In this document: one piece after another, positions 21,933-32,240 of the stretch | Numbering within the stretch: position 1 is the first letter of the stretch | How the letters are laid out: every line of letters begins with the position of its first letter | DNA from: Mayamaea pseudoterrestris | Lineage: Eukaryota | NCBI GenBank assembly: GCA_027923505.1 | Contig: BROI01000025.1 | Location: forward strand, 248,001 to 312,000 | Direction: 5' to 3' | DNA length: 64,000 nt | The notes under the pieces: model-generated | Seen by the model: the letters and a program-made list of their open reading frames with translations, nothing else | Told to the model about the DNA's origin: nothing | Database searches by the model: none | Program-made: the position numbers and the translations under genes

Positions 21933-22580
21933 TTAAATGCTCGTACTATCCTCCATTTCCTTTGCTTCGAAATGTTGACTCTCGGCAAGTTTCACAAACT
22001 TATCCCAACTTCCGTCACTTGCATTCAATTTCGTTTCCATGGTTCGTACTTTTCGATTGTTCCGACGACCCTTGGACAGTTGCTTGCTTCGCCGTCGGCG
22101 AATCAGTTTGCCTTCCTGCATCGTAGTGGTTGTTGTTGATCCAAGTTTACCGACCAGCTCCTCAATCACGTCGTCATAATTCGAGTCGCTTTCGTCGAAA
22201 TGCGACTGGTCCAGCGAAAATGATTCATCGTCCTTGTCATCGTTCACCGAGGGTGCATCCCTCGCCCTTGGGTTGGTCGCCGGTGTTGACACATGCTTGA
22301 AGGGACTTCGAATACCCGTTTTAGACGGCATTGGAAAGTGCGACGTCAATGCGTGTACCAACGTTGCCATGGGCCTTAAACTTCGTTCCGGCGACGTTGA
22401 GCGCGATAGCTTAATGAAGATGGATCTGTTGGACAGGTTTCCGTCAATTTGATCCTTGACAAGCGATGGACGCTTGAGCTTGACAACGTCAACTCGTCGT
22501 TCCTGCAGCTGATCGTCTTGATGGATGGCCATCATGTTTGTCAAAGATGGATAATATTGAGAAGATTCGTCAGGGTTCAT
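21933..22580 (-). CDS. Hypothetical protein, tandem paralog 2 (RRRRxKQLSKGRR / SDGSWDKF family)
   Basis: ATG-initiated 215-aa ORF with blocks conserved with 20590-21249. Confidence 0.7.
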   Translation of the reverse strand: MNPDESSQYYPSLTNMMAIHQDDQLQERRVDVVKLKRPSLVKDQIDGNLSNRSIFIKLSRSTSPERSLRPMATLVHALTSHFPMPSKTGIRSPFKHVSTPATNPRARDAPSVNDDKDDESFSLDQSHFDESDSNYDDVIEELVGKLGSTTTTTMQEGKLIRRRRSKQLSKGRRNNRKVRTMETKLNASDGSWDKFVKLAESQHFEAKEMEDSTSI

Positions 22581-22924
22581 TATTGTGGCGAGCTGATGTT
22601 GCTAGTTTGTTGATGCATGCTGCGATGTTCCGTGTCATCGGAGATTCTTCTCGCCCGAGCAATGGTGCATGCAGCATACATGGATCTCGCAGTCGAAACG
22701 TGACCAAATCGGCAGCTGCTGTGCTCGTTCGGAATCCGTGAACCCCATGTGTGACTAAAGCACTCTTATTGACGATCGACGTGACTCAAAGATGCAGCAT
22801 TCCATGACATGCAAGTACATCAACTGTAAGACCTTGCGATACATCGATACAACATGGTTTGAACACCGTGGTAGCTGATTGTTTATCTGCAACGTTTCCT
22901 AAAAAGAAAATCCCATGGCATAGC

Positions 22925-22990
22925 AAGATGGATCTTTGTGACGTCACTTAATGGCGTACCGGTATAAAAAGATGGATCTTTGTGACGTCA
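22925..22990. repeat. 22-bp perfect direct repeat, each copy ending in TGACGTCA
   Basis: aagatggatctttgtgacgtca at 22925-22946 and 22969-22990, in the divergent promoter of the MUS81-like gene. Confidence 0.9.
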
Positions 22991-23154
22991 TATAAGTCGT
23001 AGCGTTACTAACTGTCACATCGCTCATCGACGGTTCGCATGCTCGCTGCTCCCCCCACCATGACACTTTGCATTGTCCCTCATCTTTATCTGGCGCACCT
23101 CCTCTGTGATAGCGAAAGGACTAACGAGTCAAATACATCAATCATCATTTCACA

Positions 23155-26100
23155 ATGCCTCGCCAAGCAAATGCCAAGGTGTGGAACGAGGACTTGGTGA
23201 CGGCACTCAACGCCCGAGCCGAGTTCGCTCGCCAACAAGGGAAGCAGCGACACCATCTTTGGTCGGAAGGCGCGCGCTTGATTCAAAACGTTCGTCAAGA
23301 CATTTACGCATTCAAGACTGGACGTATCGTTGGATTGCCGGAAACGAAACTGAAAAAGACGGTAGCGGAGCTCTGTCGAAACATTGTTAATGGAAATGAA
23401 CCAGTGCTCCCTCCAGGATACACTCCTCCCAATCTTGCTATTGCAGCGCACGGCAGCAATAGCAGCGAGTCCATCATGACACGCGATCATTACTTGAATC
23501 ACATCAAAGTCCGCGGCGGCGCCTTTGCCATACTCATGGTCTTTTACACGCGCGGCTTTCCAATGTTGACGCAGGATCAGCTGTGCGAATACGCGCAACC
23601 CTTTTGCGACGAACCAATGCTGGCAAACTACATGGCTGGTCGACCGCATGGAGCCTGGAGCGGACACAAGACGCTGATGTCGCATCAGTTGCTGCTGCAG
23701 CAAAAACCGCAGGTGCAGTTTCGAGCGACGCGGAACGGAGGGCATGGGTTTCGGACGGCGCTTGGTGCGCGCGCCACTTACTCGCTCACGGACAAGGGCA
23801 AGCTCTTTGTATCGACGCTACTGGAACATCGACCGGAAGCCAAACAGGAAGTGCTTAATTACGGAGGAGGAGGTCCGCGAGCTCTTGGTGGAGGAGCTGG
23901 AGCTGGTTTCGCGGCATCAATTAATACAGGAGGAGGTGGATTGTTTGCATCTCCAGTCCGCTCCGCCGCCGCAGCTGCCGCCCCTTTAGGCGGCAACGAT
24001 GAACAGGACTTGCGAAGCTGGGCTCGAACGACAGCAATTTGGAGACTCACGGGTCTTCAATGTTTCCAAAGCCAAGCGCGAGACCTTACACAATCTTTGC
24101 GATTTTCTCAGCAATACGACATTGCAAGCGCAGGGACGGCGCATTCACCACGCGAGTCAAGGGGCTGGGCGTAACCGAACGCTCGTCGTGACCATGGAGC
24201 GAAGCAACATGCCAGCTTTACCTGGGACAAACTCAGTTGGCGGCGTACATGCATTCGATGACTCGCCCTTCGATGTCCATTCGCACGCCATCGCAAGCCA
24301 TAATGTCGCTGGTACACCGCCAAAGCGCGCGCGAACGGCCAACCAAGCCGCCGCAGAGGCAGCCATGCTACGAGCGGCGCTGCATGAATCCGCCTTGATG
24401 GTCAAAAAGCCGCCTGCTGGACCAGGGAGCATGGCGCCACGAAACTTGTATGACGACAATGTCAGTTGTAATCTTACCAACCGAGCTCAAACGAATCAAA
24501 CAACGGCTGCTAACAGCAAACGAAGCCGACCGGCTGTTAAATCTAATCATGCAGGACCAATCTGGTTGGATGGCCTGGACGATGACAGCGACGACGACGA
24601 AGCATGGCTTTACGAGTCTGCCATGAAGTTGCCATCCGTCGCTACCAAAACCACCACGCCAAATGTTTTGGAGTTGTCGGATAGCAGCGACGATGACGGT
24701 GACAGTTTAAGTCCCAGATTGGTCCTGGACGATGACAGCGACGACGACGAAGCATGGCTTTACGAGTCTGCCATGAAGTTGCCATCCGTCGCTACCAAAA
24801 CCACCACGCCAAATGTTTTGGAGTTGTCGGATAGCAGCGACGATGACGGTGACAGTTTAAGTCGGAAAACGGCTGCTACCCGAGTTGCACCACTTGCAAA
24901 GGCACGATCGATTTCATTCGACGACGACAAACAAGTTGAAAATGTTATTGATTTGACCGAGGAAGACGCTTCACCTAGAGCAAGCGCAGCAACATACACA
25001 CCGACTACACATCAACAACAACCAAAGCTTACAATATACATTGACGACCGCGAGCGCAACAAGAATGCAACGCCACGCATGCTACGAATGGAGCTAACTC
25101 GCATGCTGACGACTGGCTTACTCCGCCGTGTTTGGCCGTCATCACTACCAGCGCCTCAAATTGAGGAGCGGAAGCTTGCGCGGGGAGACTTTGCTTTCGA
25201 GTCGACGCTCGGTAGCTCGACCTTTAACTTTCCTGTGGCAATTGAACGCAAGACTATTGCAGACATTGTTCAACGCAGTGTGCATCAGGATCATTGGAAG
25301 CAACTTTGCCAAATGCGAGACGGTTTTGAACTTTGTGTCTTCTTGCTGGAAGGAGATATGCGGACGGCGATTCAGCATACAGCATACGGGGCGCAGAACC
25401 ACGAAGATACCATGTCACCGATGACTCACAAGATTGACGACGCTGATAGTTTAATCCGATTCGTTGGACGAGCTTTGCTGACGACTCCATCTTTTCGTCT
25501 TGTAATGACGGAACACGAACAAGGATCCTTACAAGCGGTCGCTGCATTTGGACTCATGTCCATGTTTCATTACATTGTCGGCAAGACTCCCCTATCAACG
25601 CCACCCAAGAAACTTATGTCGCAAGCAAGTGCCAGGCAAGAACTTAAGGATCGACTCCAAAACGGAGGCATTCCGTGGCAGGTTTCAAAGCTAGTCTCCG
25701 ATGAGGTTGGATCAATAGTACAAATGAGTCGTCTGTACGAGAGTGCACGGGACGAAGAATGCCGCGACGTTCTTCTGACTCCGCTTTTAGGAGATGTCAT
25801 CCGTGAGGTGTCTCCGCTTCGTGGAACAGCGGAGCATTGGTCGGCTGCCGTTCATCGAGTGTTTTACTCGCCACATTCTGATGTTGGCGTCGGTCGAAAA
25901 GCTTTGCACGACTTTCAAGACATTGTGACTGACCATGCTTCTCTCTTGGCAAATGTACACTCTGCAATGTCTGCAGAAGATGCACTGGACAAAACTTTGA
26001 ATCTGCCAGACAAAGTGACAGCGTCCTTGTCTCGGTCGGTGAACATTGAGCTTCCGGAGCTGCTTGAAGACTGCTTCCCCAAACCCGAAGATGGCGAGGA

Positions 26101-26572
26101 CACTATCTATAACGTGAACGTTGTACGAGATGAGTCTGACATCGCGAAGGTAACCATGCATACGTGCGCGGGTGGTTTCCGATCGGCTAGTCTCTGCATC
26201 TTTTTGTTTGACGGTGAAGAAATTATTTCTCGCATCCAAGACAAGATTAAAACTTACCCAGCTCATTTCGTGGAGATTGCAAGATCTGCTGCAGAAGACT
26301 TGCACAAAGCTTGCTCTGGTGATGACGACCGAAGCCAGCGCATTCTGCTCATTCGTGGACTTGGCAATGCACTCACTAAGGCAGCTAAAAAGGCTGGATA
26401 TCGTTCCGAGCTACCAGTCCTGGTCGACATGTTCCAGGCGCAACTTTCCCTTGCGCACGAAATGGTAGTGTTACATGCTGCTCGACTTAATGACGACCGC
26501 GAAATGATTCTCCAGCAACTGGCCATGGCTTGCTACCATTTCCAACCGTTGCTTTTTAAGGCGGATAAATGA
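23155..26572 (+). CDS. MUS81: MUS81-like structure-specific endonuclease (XPF/ERCC4 family), split by an apparent +1 frameshift near 24038-24040
   Basis: Winged helix (RGGAFAIL, AQPFCD, AWSGHKTL, YSLTDKG) in ORF 23155; ERCC4 core (IDDRER, GDF, IERKTIAD, LLEGD) in ORF 23999. Removing one T joins TTAI to GDSRVF. Confidence 0.75.
24574..24863. repeat. 140-bp perfect tandem duplication (period 150 bp, in frame)
   Basis: 24574-24713 is identical to 24724-24863; the protein repeats LDDDSDDDEAWLYESAMKLPSVATKTTTPNVLELSDSSDDDGDSLS. Confidence 0.95.
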
Positions 26573-26902
26573 GCACGATAAAAACTGGCAAATCGTGCCA
26601 GCAGACTGTGTGGTGCCATGACGCTAACATAACAGCGGCATTTTTGTTAAAATTTTAAACGAGTCTACTCTCAAAATTGTACTGTAGGTAGCATGGCATC
26701 TAGCTAACGAAGATTGTCGAGCCTCCGTTGAAACGGCTTGGCATGGCGCGCCGCAAGCCGGGCGGCAATGCAAGGCCACACATTCATCGTCGGTTGCAAC
26801 GCTTGCGACGAACCTCTCCAAATCTTCAAACATTAATGCTCTCGCAAGCTCTGCCGTTGCACATACCATCCACTCTATACTCTTAAAGAAAACAACATCA
26901 AG

Positions 26903-28075
26903 ATGATGCTCGACCTAGCAATGGGAAACGACGCTTCGGCGTACACATGGGTTAGCGATAGCTCGGCTTCCGCATCTTCATCATCGTCACACTACGACGA
27001 CTACAAATCTCATACTTCCAGCCCTCGACAGCGCGGCAGCAATCGCTTCGCACGAACTAAAAGTCATCAGACTCCTGCTATATCCCTTGTATACTTCATT
27101 GCTCTGCTCTCATGGATATCCGCCATGTATATTAATGGCCCTACGAGACAACAATTCACTTTACTACAGTCGACACAATTCGCCATTGACAGCCAGTACA
27201 AGTCTCAGCTCGCATCTTTTAAAGACTTTCAAATAAAACTTCGTAATACAAAAACAGCCATCGAAACCATGAAGAAGACTGGAGAAGCATTAGAGCATGA
27301 GCTCCAGGTCATTAACGAGCTGGAGGAAGGCGCCGAGCCAGTCGAAGCAAGACCCAAGAATCGCGCGCTCGTTGACAAGTGGCTGCACCATCGCCAAGAC
27401 GCACTACGACGAAGAATGGAGTATCTCCAACAATACATACAAGGTTTTAGCAAGCAGCAAGTGCTAGATCGCTGGGGCGAAGGTCCGCATCAAGTTGCAT
27501 TTACGGTCGAATACAAGAACGACGCTGGCGATATGAACAACAGACAGCTTATAATCGAACTCGCTAGTGTCCATGATATGCCACATTCAGTGCATTTCTT
27601 CTTAGAAATGGTCGAACTCGGCATTTGGGACCATACCGTCTTGTTGCATCACGAGAATATCGAGCACTTGATCGCCGCCGTGCCCATTGACTTTCGTCAG
27701 CAGCAGTTCAAGCATTCTCACCTTGCCACCTTGGGCTGGACCAAGCTTGGCTTTCCCGAGTACCACTCCAGCTGCAAGCACGACAAGTACTCGCTCGGTT
27801 TTGCCAACAGCGGGCCGACTTGGTACTTTAACACTGTGCAGAATAGTTTGTCGCATGGACCAAACGGCCAAGCAGCAAAGAAACTCTTTGACGAAGACGC
27901 TGATCCCTGCTTTGCACAAGTGGTTCAAGGTCACGGCGTTATGGACGATCTCATTGAGTTTGGTCTCCATCAGCATCAAGTAGAGTTTGAGCAGGGACAC
28001 CCGTGGGCGGATGAACCGCACACGTGGACGCACTTGATCAAGGCGGAATTACTACATGTTAAGAAGACAAAGTGA
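26903..28075 (+). CDS. Type II membrane protein: TM, coiled coil, degenerate cyclophilin-like domain
   Basis: TM ISLVYFIALLSWISAMY; heptad region; GPHQV, ELA..MPHSVHFFL, FPEY, GPTWYFN, HGP, DPCFAQVVQG. Confidence 0.65.
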   Translation: MMLDLAMGNDASAYTWVSDSSASASSSSSHYDDYKSHTSSPRQRGSNRFARTKSHQTPAISLVYFIALLSWISAMYINGPTRQQFTLLQSTQFAIDSQYKSQLASFKDFQIKLRNTKTAIETMKKTGEALEHELQVINELEEGAEPVEARPKNRALVDKWLHHRQDALRRRMEYLQQYIQGFSKQQVLDRWGEGPHQVAFTVEYKNDAGDMNNRQLIIELASVHDMPHSVHFFLEMVELGIWDHTVLLHHENIEHLIAAVPIDFRQQQFKHSHLATLGWTKLGFPEYHSSCKHDKYSLGFANSGPTWYFNTVQNSLSHGPNGQAAKKLFDEDADPCFAQVVQGHGVMDDLIEFGLHQHQVEFEQGHPWADEPHTWTHLIKAELLHVKKTK

Positions 28076-28274
28076 TTACGTTTCCATGCCTGTACACATT
28101 CTATTTACCTCGCTACTAGGTCAAGAATATCCATAATCATACTACTTAAAAGCACAATTCATAAACTTGATTACAAAATTTATTGCTTCCTCCGAATCGG
28201 AACAAGCTACTCTTTCGTTTATCACCGGATCATAGACATTTGTTAACCAATGAGATTCATGCCATCAGCTATGT

Positions 28275-28877
28275 TTACAAGCGTCCCGTCAGATACAAAA
28301 TCAATAGTATAAAGAGTGCAAAGAATGCCAGAGTCGTGAGCGAACAAAACAGAAAGAACAAGAGGCAGACGCGAATGATCCACTTTCGATCCGTTCGATC
28401 CTGCAACGTGACTCCAACTTCCATATGCTGCTCGAACAGTTTCAAGTTCTTCTGGTTCGCCTTGTGTCCAATGTCAAAGATATCTCCCACCAACGGAATC
28501 ACTCCAATCACCGAATCGACCCAAACATTGTAAAGCATTCGCACGACAGTATATCGGCTCAGCGTCGGCGCCGCCCGCGCAACAAACCCCAAACTAATAA
28601 AGGCCGACCCAAAGTCTCCCACCAATGGGATTAAACCAAGGATTGGATCCAGTCCAATCCGACGCTTGCCGTTCGAAAACGGCAGGGGAATGCTGCTATC
28701 CATCCAATATTCAATGCGCTTGAGCGTTTCGTGAGCGCGCTGCTCGCGGGGATCGAGGGGACGCATAAAATGTTGCTCCTGCGTAACTGTTGTCTCATGC
28801 GTTTCAGCGGTTGGAGACATGGGGACCTCATGCTGCTGCGACTCCTTTTGATAGAGCGAGGCGTTGAAGAGCTTCAT
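28275..28877 (-). CDS. DUF4112 family membrane protein
   Basis: WMDSSIPLP, RIGLDPILGLIPLVGD, DSVIGVIPLVGDIFD, KAN.KN.KL; C-terminal TM. Confidence 0.85.
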   Translation of the reverse strand: MKLFNASLYQKESQQHEVPMSPTAETHETTVTQEQHFMRPLDPREQRAHETLKRIEYWMDSSIPLPFSNGKRRIGLDPILGLIPLVGDFGSAFISLGFVARAAPTLSRYTVVRMLYNVWVDSVIGVIPLVGDIFDIGHKANQKNLKLFEQHMEVGVTLQDRTDRKWIIRVCLLFFLFCSLTTLAFFALFILLILYLTGRL

Positions 28878-29322
28878 TGTAGAAAGTTGTATGTTGTGTG
28901 TATCAGGTGGTCTTTAATTGTTGCCCGTTACAAAAGTGCTGCTTCTGAAAAACAATGGGAAAGCTGGAAGTCCGGTTTAAAGGGCTAGAACTCTGTAAGA
29001 GTTAACTGTTGTAGACTGACTTGACCCGGAACATGCCATGGTGATGGAGGGAGAAAGAGGTCGCAGCAAATCGATCCTTCGATCGAACTTTTCCAAACGC
29101 GCTACGACATGGTGAAATCAAGCCCCATGCGACGCTCTTGAAAAGTCTTGCGTAGCCAACAGCTGACCGGACACAACGTCGTCAGCATTTCCCATTCTGG
29201 CGCAGTTGACCACGCCAAAGATGCAGTGCACTTGATACTGCACTGATCCAAGAAAACGAAAAGATCCAAAGATTTGCCTCTCGCACTGATTTAACAAATA
29301 GATTGTAAACCCTTCTAGCAAC

Positions 29323-30003
29323 ATGCTGCTCCATCGCAAACTCCTCCAAGCTATCGCTTTACTTTTTCTCGTCACTCGCTTTGCGCAAGCTCAATGTGAC
29401 CAAGCCAACAATCTGAATGATGACATTGCAACAGCCTTTGACTCGGCCAACGGCAACTCGTACCAGCAAGTGACAGACTGCTACGCCGCTCAAGGTGACA
29501 CGGGGACTTGCGCGGCAACGTTGGAGGATGTAGCTTCGCTCGAGTCACTGTGCGAAAGCAGCGGCGGCAACTTTGAGACGATTGCTGTTTTGTTTGACTG
29601 CACGAGAACCGACGACTTTTCGTTGACACCATGGACGTTCAATGTACCGTTTGCGTTTTGCCATGGCGCTCGATGTGCCGAAGTCTACCTTACAATTGTT
29701 TATGCAAACTATCTCACCACTTTGGGCTCGCAATTTCTGAGCACTGGTCTTGCCTGCACAAACTCTTACACGCGAAGCGATGTCGATACCATGGAGCCGA
29801 CGATGGCGGGCGAAACTTATACGCCGACTATAGCGGCGACCCAAGGTGGCAGTGACGAATCAAATAACGGTGATGCTGCAGAGATTGAAGAAGAGCAGGA
29901 CAATGCTCCCAACACAACTGCGTCTATTGCTGCTGATGTGTTGCATACGACAAGCGCCTTTCATTGGGTTGTGGGGGCTATCATGCTAGTACTTTTTAGC
30001 TAA
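29323..30003 (+). CDS. Small Cys-rich secreted/GPI-anchored protein (triplet member 1)
   Basis: Signal peptide; LESLCESSGG; FCHGARC; hydrophobic C-terminus. Confidence 0.7.
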   Translation: MLLHRKLLQAIALLFLVTRFAQAQCDQANNLNDDIATAFDSANGNSYQQVTDCYAAQGDTGTCAATLEDVASLESLCESSGGNFETIAVLFDCTRTDDFSLTPWTFNVPFAFCHGARCAEVYLTIVYANYLTTLGSQFLSTGLACTNSYTRSDVDTMEPTMAGETYTPTIAATQGGSDESNNGDAAEIEEEQDNAPNTTASIAADVLHTTSAFHWVVGAIMLVLFS

Positions 30004-30513
30004 TTACATAGCTAGCAGGACAATATGTTACTTCGGTAGAGTAGCCAAGGCAGCTTCGTCAGTGCGTATACCGGCACTTCAATCATTGTTAAAGGCCGTC
30101 ACCCTCATTCGCGGCTGCCTTTTTCTATTGATCGAAGACTTGAACTACCGGTAGAATTCTGCAACTTTTTTCTTCGGAGTTACAGCCCTTTGTCACACCC
30201 ACTGATGTGGTCAAACAACATAGTATTGCTTTTTCTAATTCCCTTGACTTCCGGCTGGATGTATATATAATACTTCTAACGGGAGGCGTTGGGTTTGGCG
30301 CGTCACTGTGACGCCAAGGACTCAACCAGCTGCGTGCCATATGCATTGGAATTGCCATCATTCAAGCAGCTGGGAGGCTCAATATATATAGTGAAATGTC
30401 AAGATATTTAGGTTCACGGCGTGGCAATCCTGCATGGCGCCTGACGAAATACTTTAACCTGGCTGTCAAAAGATCCATTTTCGAATTGGAAGTTCAAAAT
30501 AAAGTCCATCAAC

Positions 30514-31056
30514 ATGTTTGTCTCTCTCCGCTCATCCCTTGTTTTGCTTCTATTCGTCGCGCGCACGACCAAATCGCAGGATGAATGTGCTACTGATCTC
30601 CAGGAAATCCAAAGTAACGCCAATCTTGTCAACGCCATTCAAGCCTATACCGACTTGAGCGCCCAACGCCTATCGCAATGCATTGCCAATGGTTTGCCAA
30701 CATGTACCATCGCGACTGAGACGGAAACGTCGAATATCAAGGCCTTGTGCGAGGAAGGAAATGGTGATTACGAAGGATGGCAGATTAATCTCAACTGCCG
30801 TGATGCCGCCAACAATCTTTGGGTTTACAATATTCCCGGCGTCTTTTGTTTTGGAGCTCGCTGCTCTGACGCTGTCAATGAAGCGGATTATACAACTTTG
30901 ATTGACAACACGCTCATCAACTTTCAGAACGATGGTTTGTCATGCGATTACAATCTCGACCGTACCGACGTGTCAGGAGGATCGACAGCTTGGCTCCACA
31001 AGGGTGCAATCTTGCTCATGGGAATTGCGGCTGCCTTTATGACTTTCGCAATGTAA
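30514..31056 (+). CDS. Small Cys-rich secreted/GPI-anchored protein (triplet member 2)
   Basis: Signal peptide; IKALCEEGNG; FCFGARC; GLSC; SGG followed by hydrophobic tail. Confidence 0.7.
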   Translation: MFVSLRSSLVLLLFVARTTKSQDECATDLQEIQSNANLVNAIQAYTDLSAQRLSQCIANGLPTCTIATETETSNIKALCEEGNGDYEGWQINLNCRDAANNLWVYNIPGVFCFGARCSDAVNEADYTTLIDNTLINFQNDGLSCDYNLDRTDVSGGSTAWLHKGAILLMGIAAAFMTFAM

Positions 31057-31406
31057 AGGGCAAAGAGGAGACGTAATACATGGAGTGTTAATCTTACAGT
31101 TAATGCGTTCCGCAACTGCAGATTGCTTTTACTATCCTACGGTACATAGCTACCCTGCATTGACAGTGAAGGGCAATGTTCGAGGTTTTGTCGTGCAATC
31201 TTGGAACGATTGACTGAACTGACTTGCTGACGCCAAAAGATAGTATTCATAATTGACTATAGATTGTAATGTACAATACAACAGGATTGGCAGCAAGACT
31301 GCGCCATTACACGACTGACGATTCCCGATGGACCGATGGACATCTCACCCTCAGTTCATGGTTCAACATCATCCATCATCCTTCCATTACAACCGAATCG
31401 AATACC

Positions 31407-31973
31407 ATGCTGTACCGTTTCACTGCCACCACCTTCGCTTTGTGGTTTTCTCTCGTTTGTGGGATCGCTCTTGCTCAAGAGGATGACGTCGACCTTTCCA
31501 TCTGCGCCGTTCAAGCTCAAGCTCTGGTTGACAACGCGGAACTGAGGCATGCGTATAGAACTGCCACGCAAAAGAGTCGAGAGTTATTGGAGAAGGATTG
31601 TATTGAACGCGAAATCAGAACATGCACCGTCACTGCCTCTGCGGAGCTGACGCAACTAGAGTCCCTGTGCAGAACTGCGGGCGGACGCCCCGAATCAGTC
31701 CAGGCGACGTACAGAGGCATGGATATGAATCAGTCTTTCGATGTCAAGAGATACAACTTCAATGAGTGGGTCCTGTCGTCAAACGAAATATTTTGCGTTC
31801 CTGCCGATGAGATCTGCAGCGACAATAAAAAGTTCGTCTGGACAATGTACTTGCTCGATTTTGAAGCAGCAGCCATGGAGTTTGCTGGGCTCTACAAAAT
31901 TGATTCCACATTCAACTACATCCAAACAGACGATGGACTTGCTTTGTTAGGTGCAACGACAGATATTGCGTAG
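31407..31973 (+). CDS. Small Cys-rich secreted protein (triplet member 3, divergent)
   Basis: Signal MLYRFTATTFALWFSLVCGIALA; C...NAEL..AY; TCTV; LESLCRTAGG; FCVP..C. Confidence 0.6.
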   Translation: MLYRFTATTFALWFSLVCGIALAQEDDVDLSICAVQAQALVDNAELRHAYRTATQKSRELLEKDCIEREIRTCTVTASAELTQLESLCRTAGGRPESVQATYRGMDMNQSFDVKRYNFNEWVLSSNEIFCVPADEICSDNKKFVWTMYLLDFEAAAMEFAGLYKIDSTFNYIQTDDGLALLGATTDIA

Positions 31974-32240
31974 TATCTATGCGATTGGTTTGGATCATGT
32001 GAGCTCAGATAAATGTAAAGGTAGCAATAGCTCACATTTAAATTATTTACATGCCCTATTAGTTCATTTGTAGCTTCAAATCGAACAAAAGTAGCACCCA
32101 ATGGACCGGCAACTTTTTCACGTCGCATTGTCCTATACATGACGTGCTCGCCACAGAAGCGCAATATGCATGAACAGCAAACGAAGTCCATGCACTGCTG
32201 CTGATGCTTGTCTGACAATCCTAGGAGAAAGCCTGACCTT

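Noticed and set aside
24574..24863. Direct repeats as a CRISPR array or LTR pair
   Set aside because: Only two adjacent in-frame coding copies; no spacers, cas genes or retroelement ORFs.
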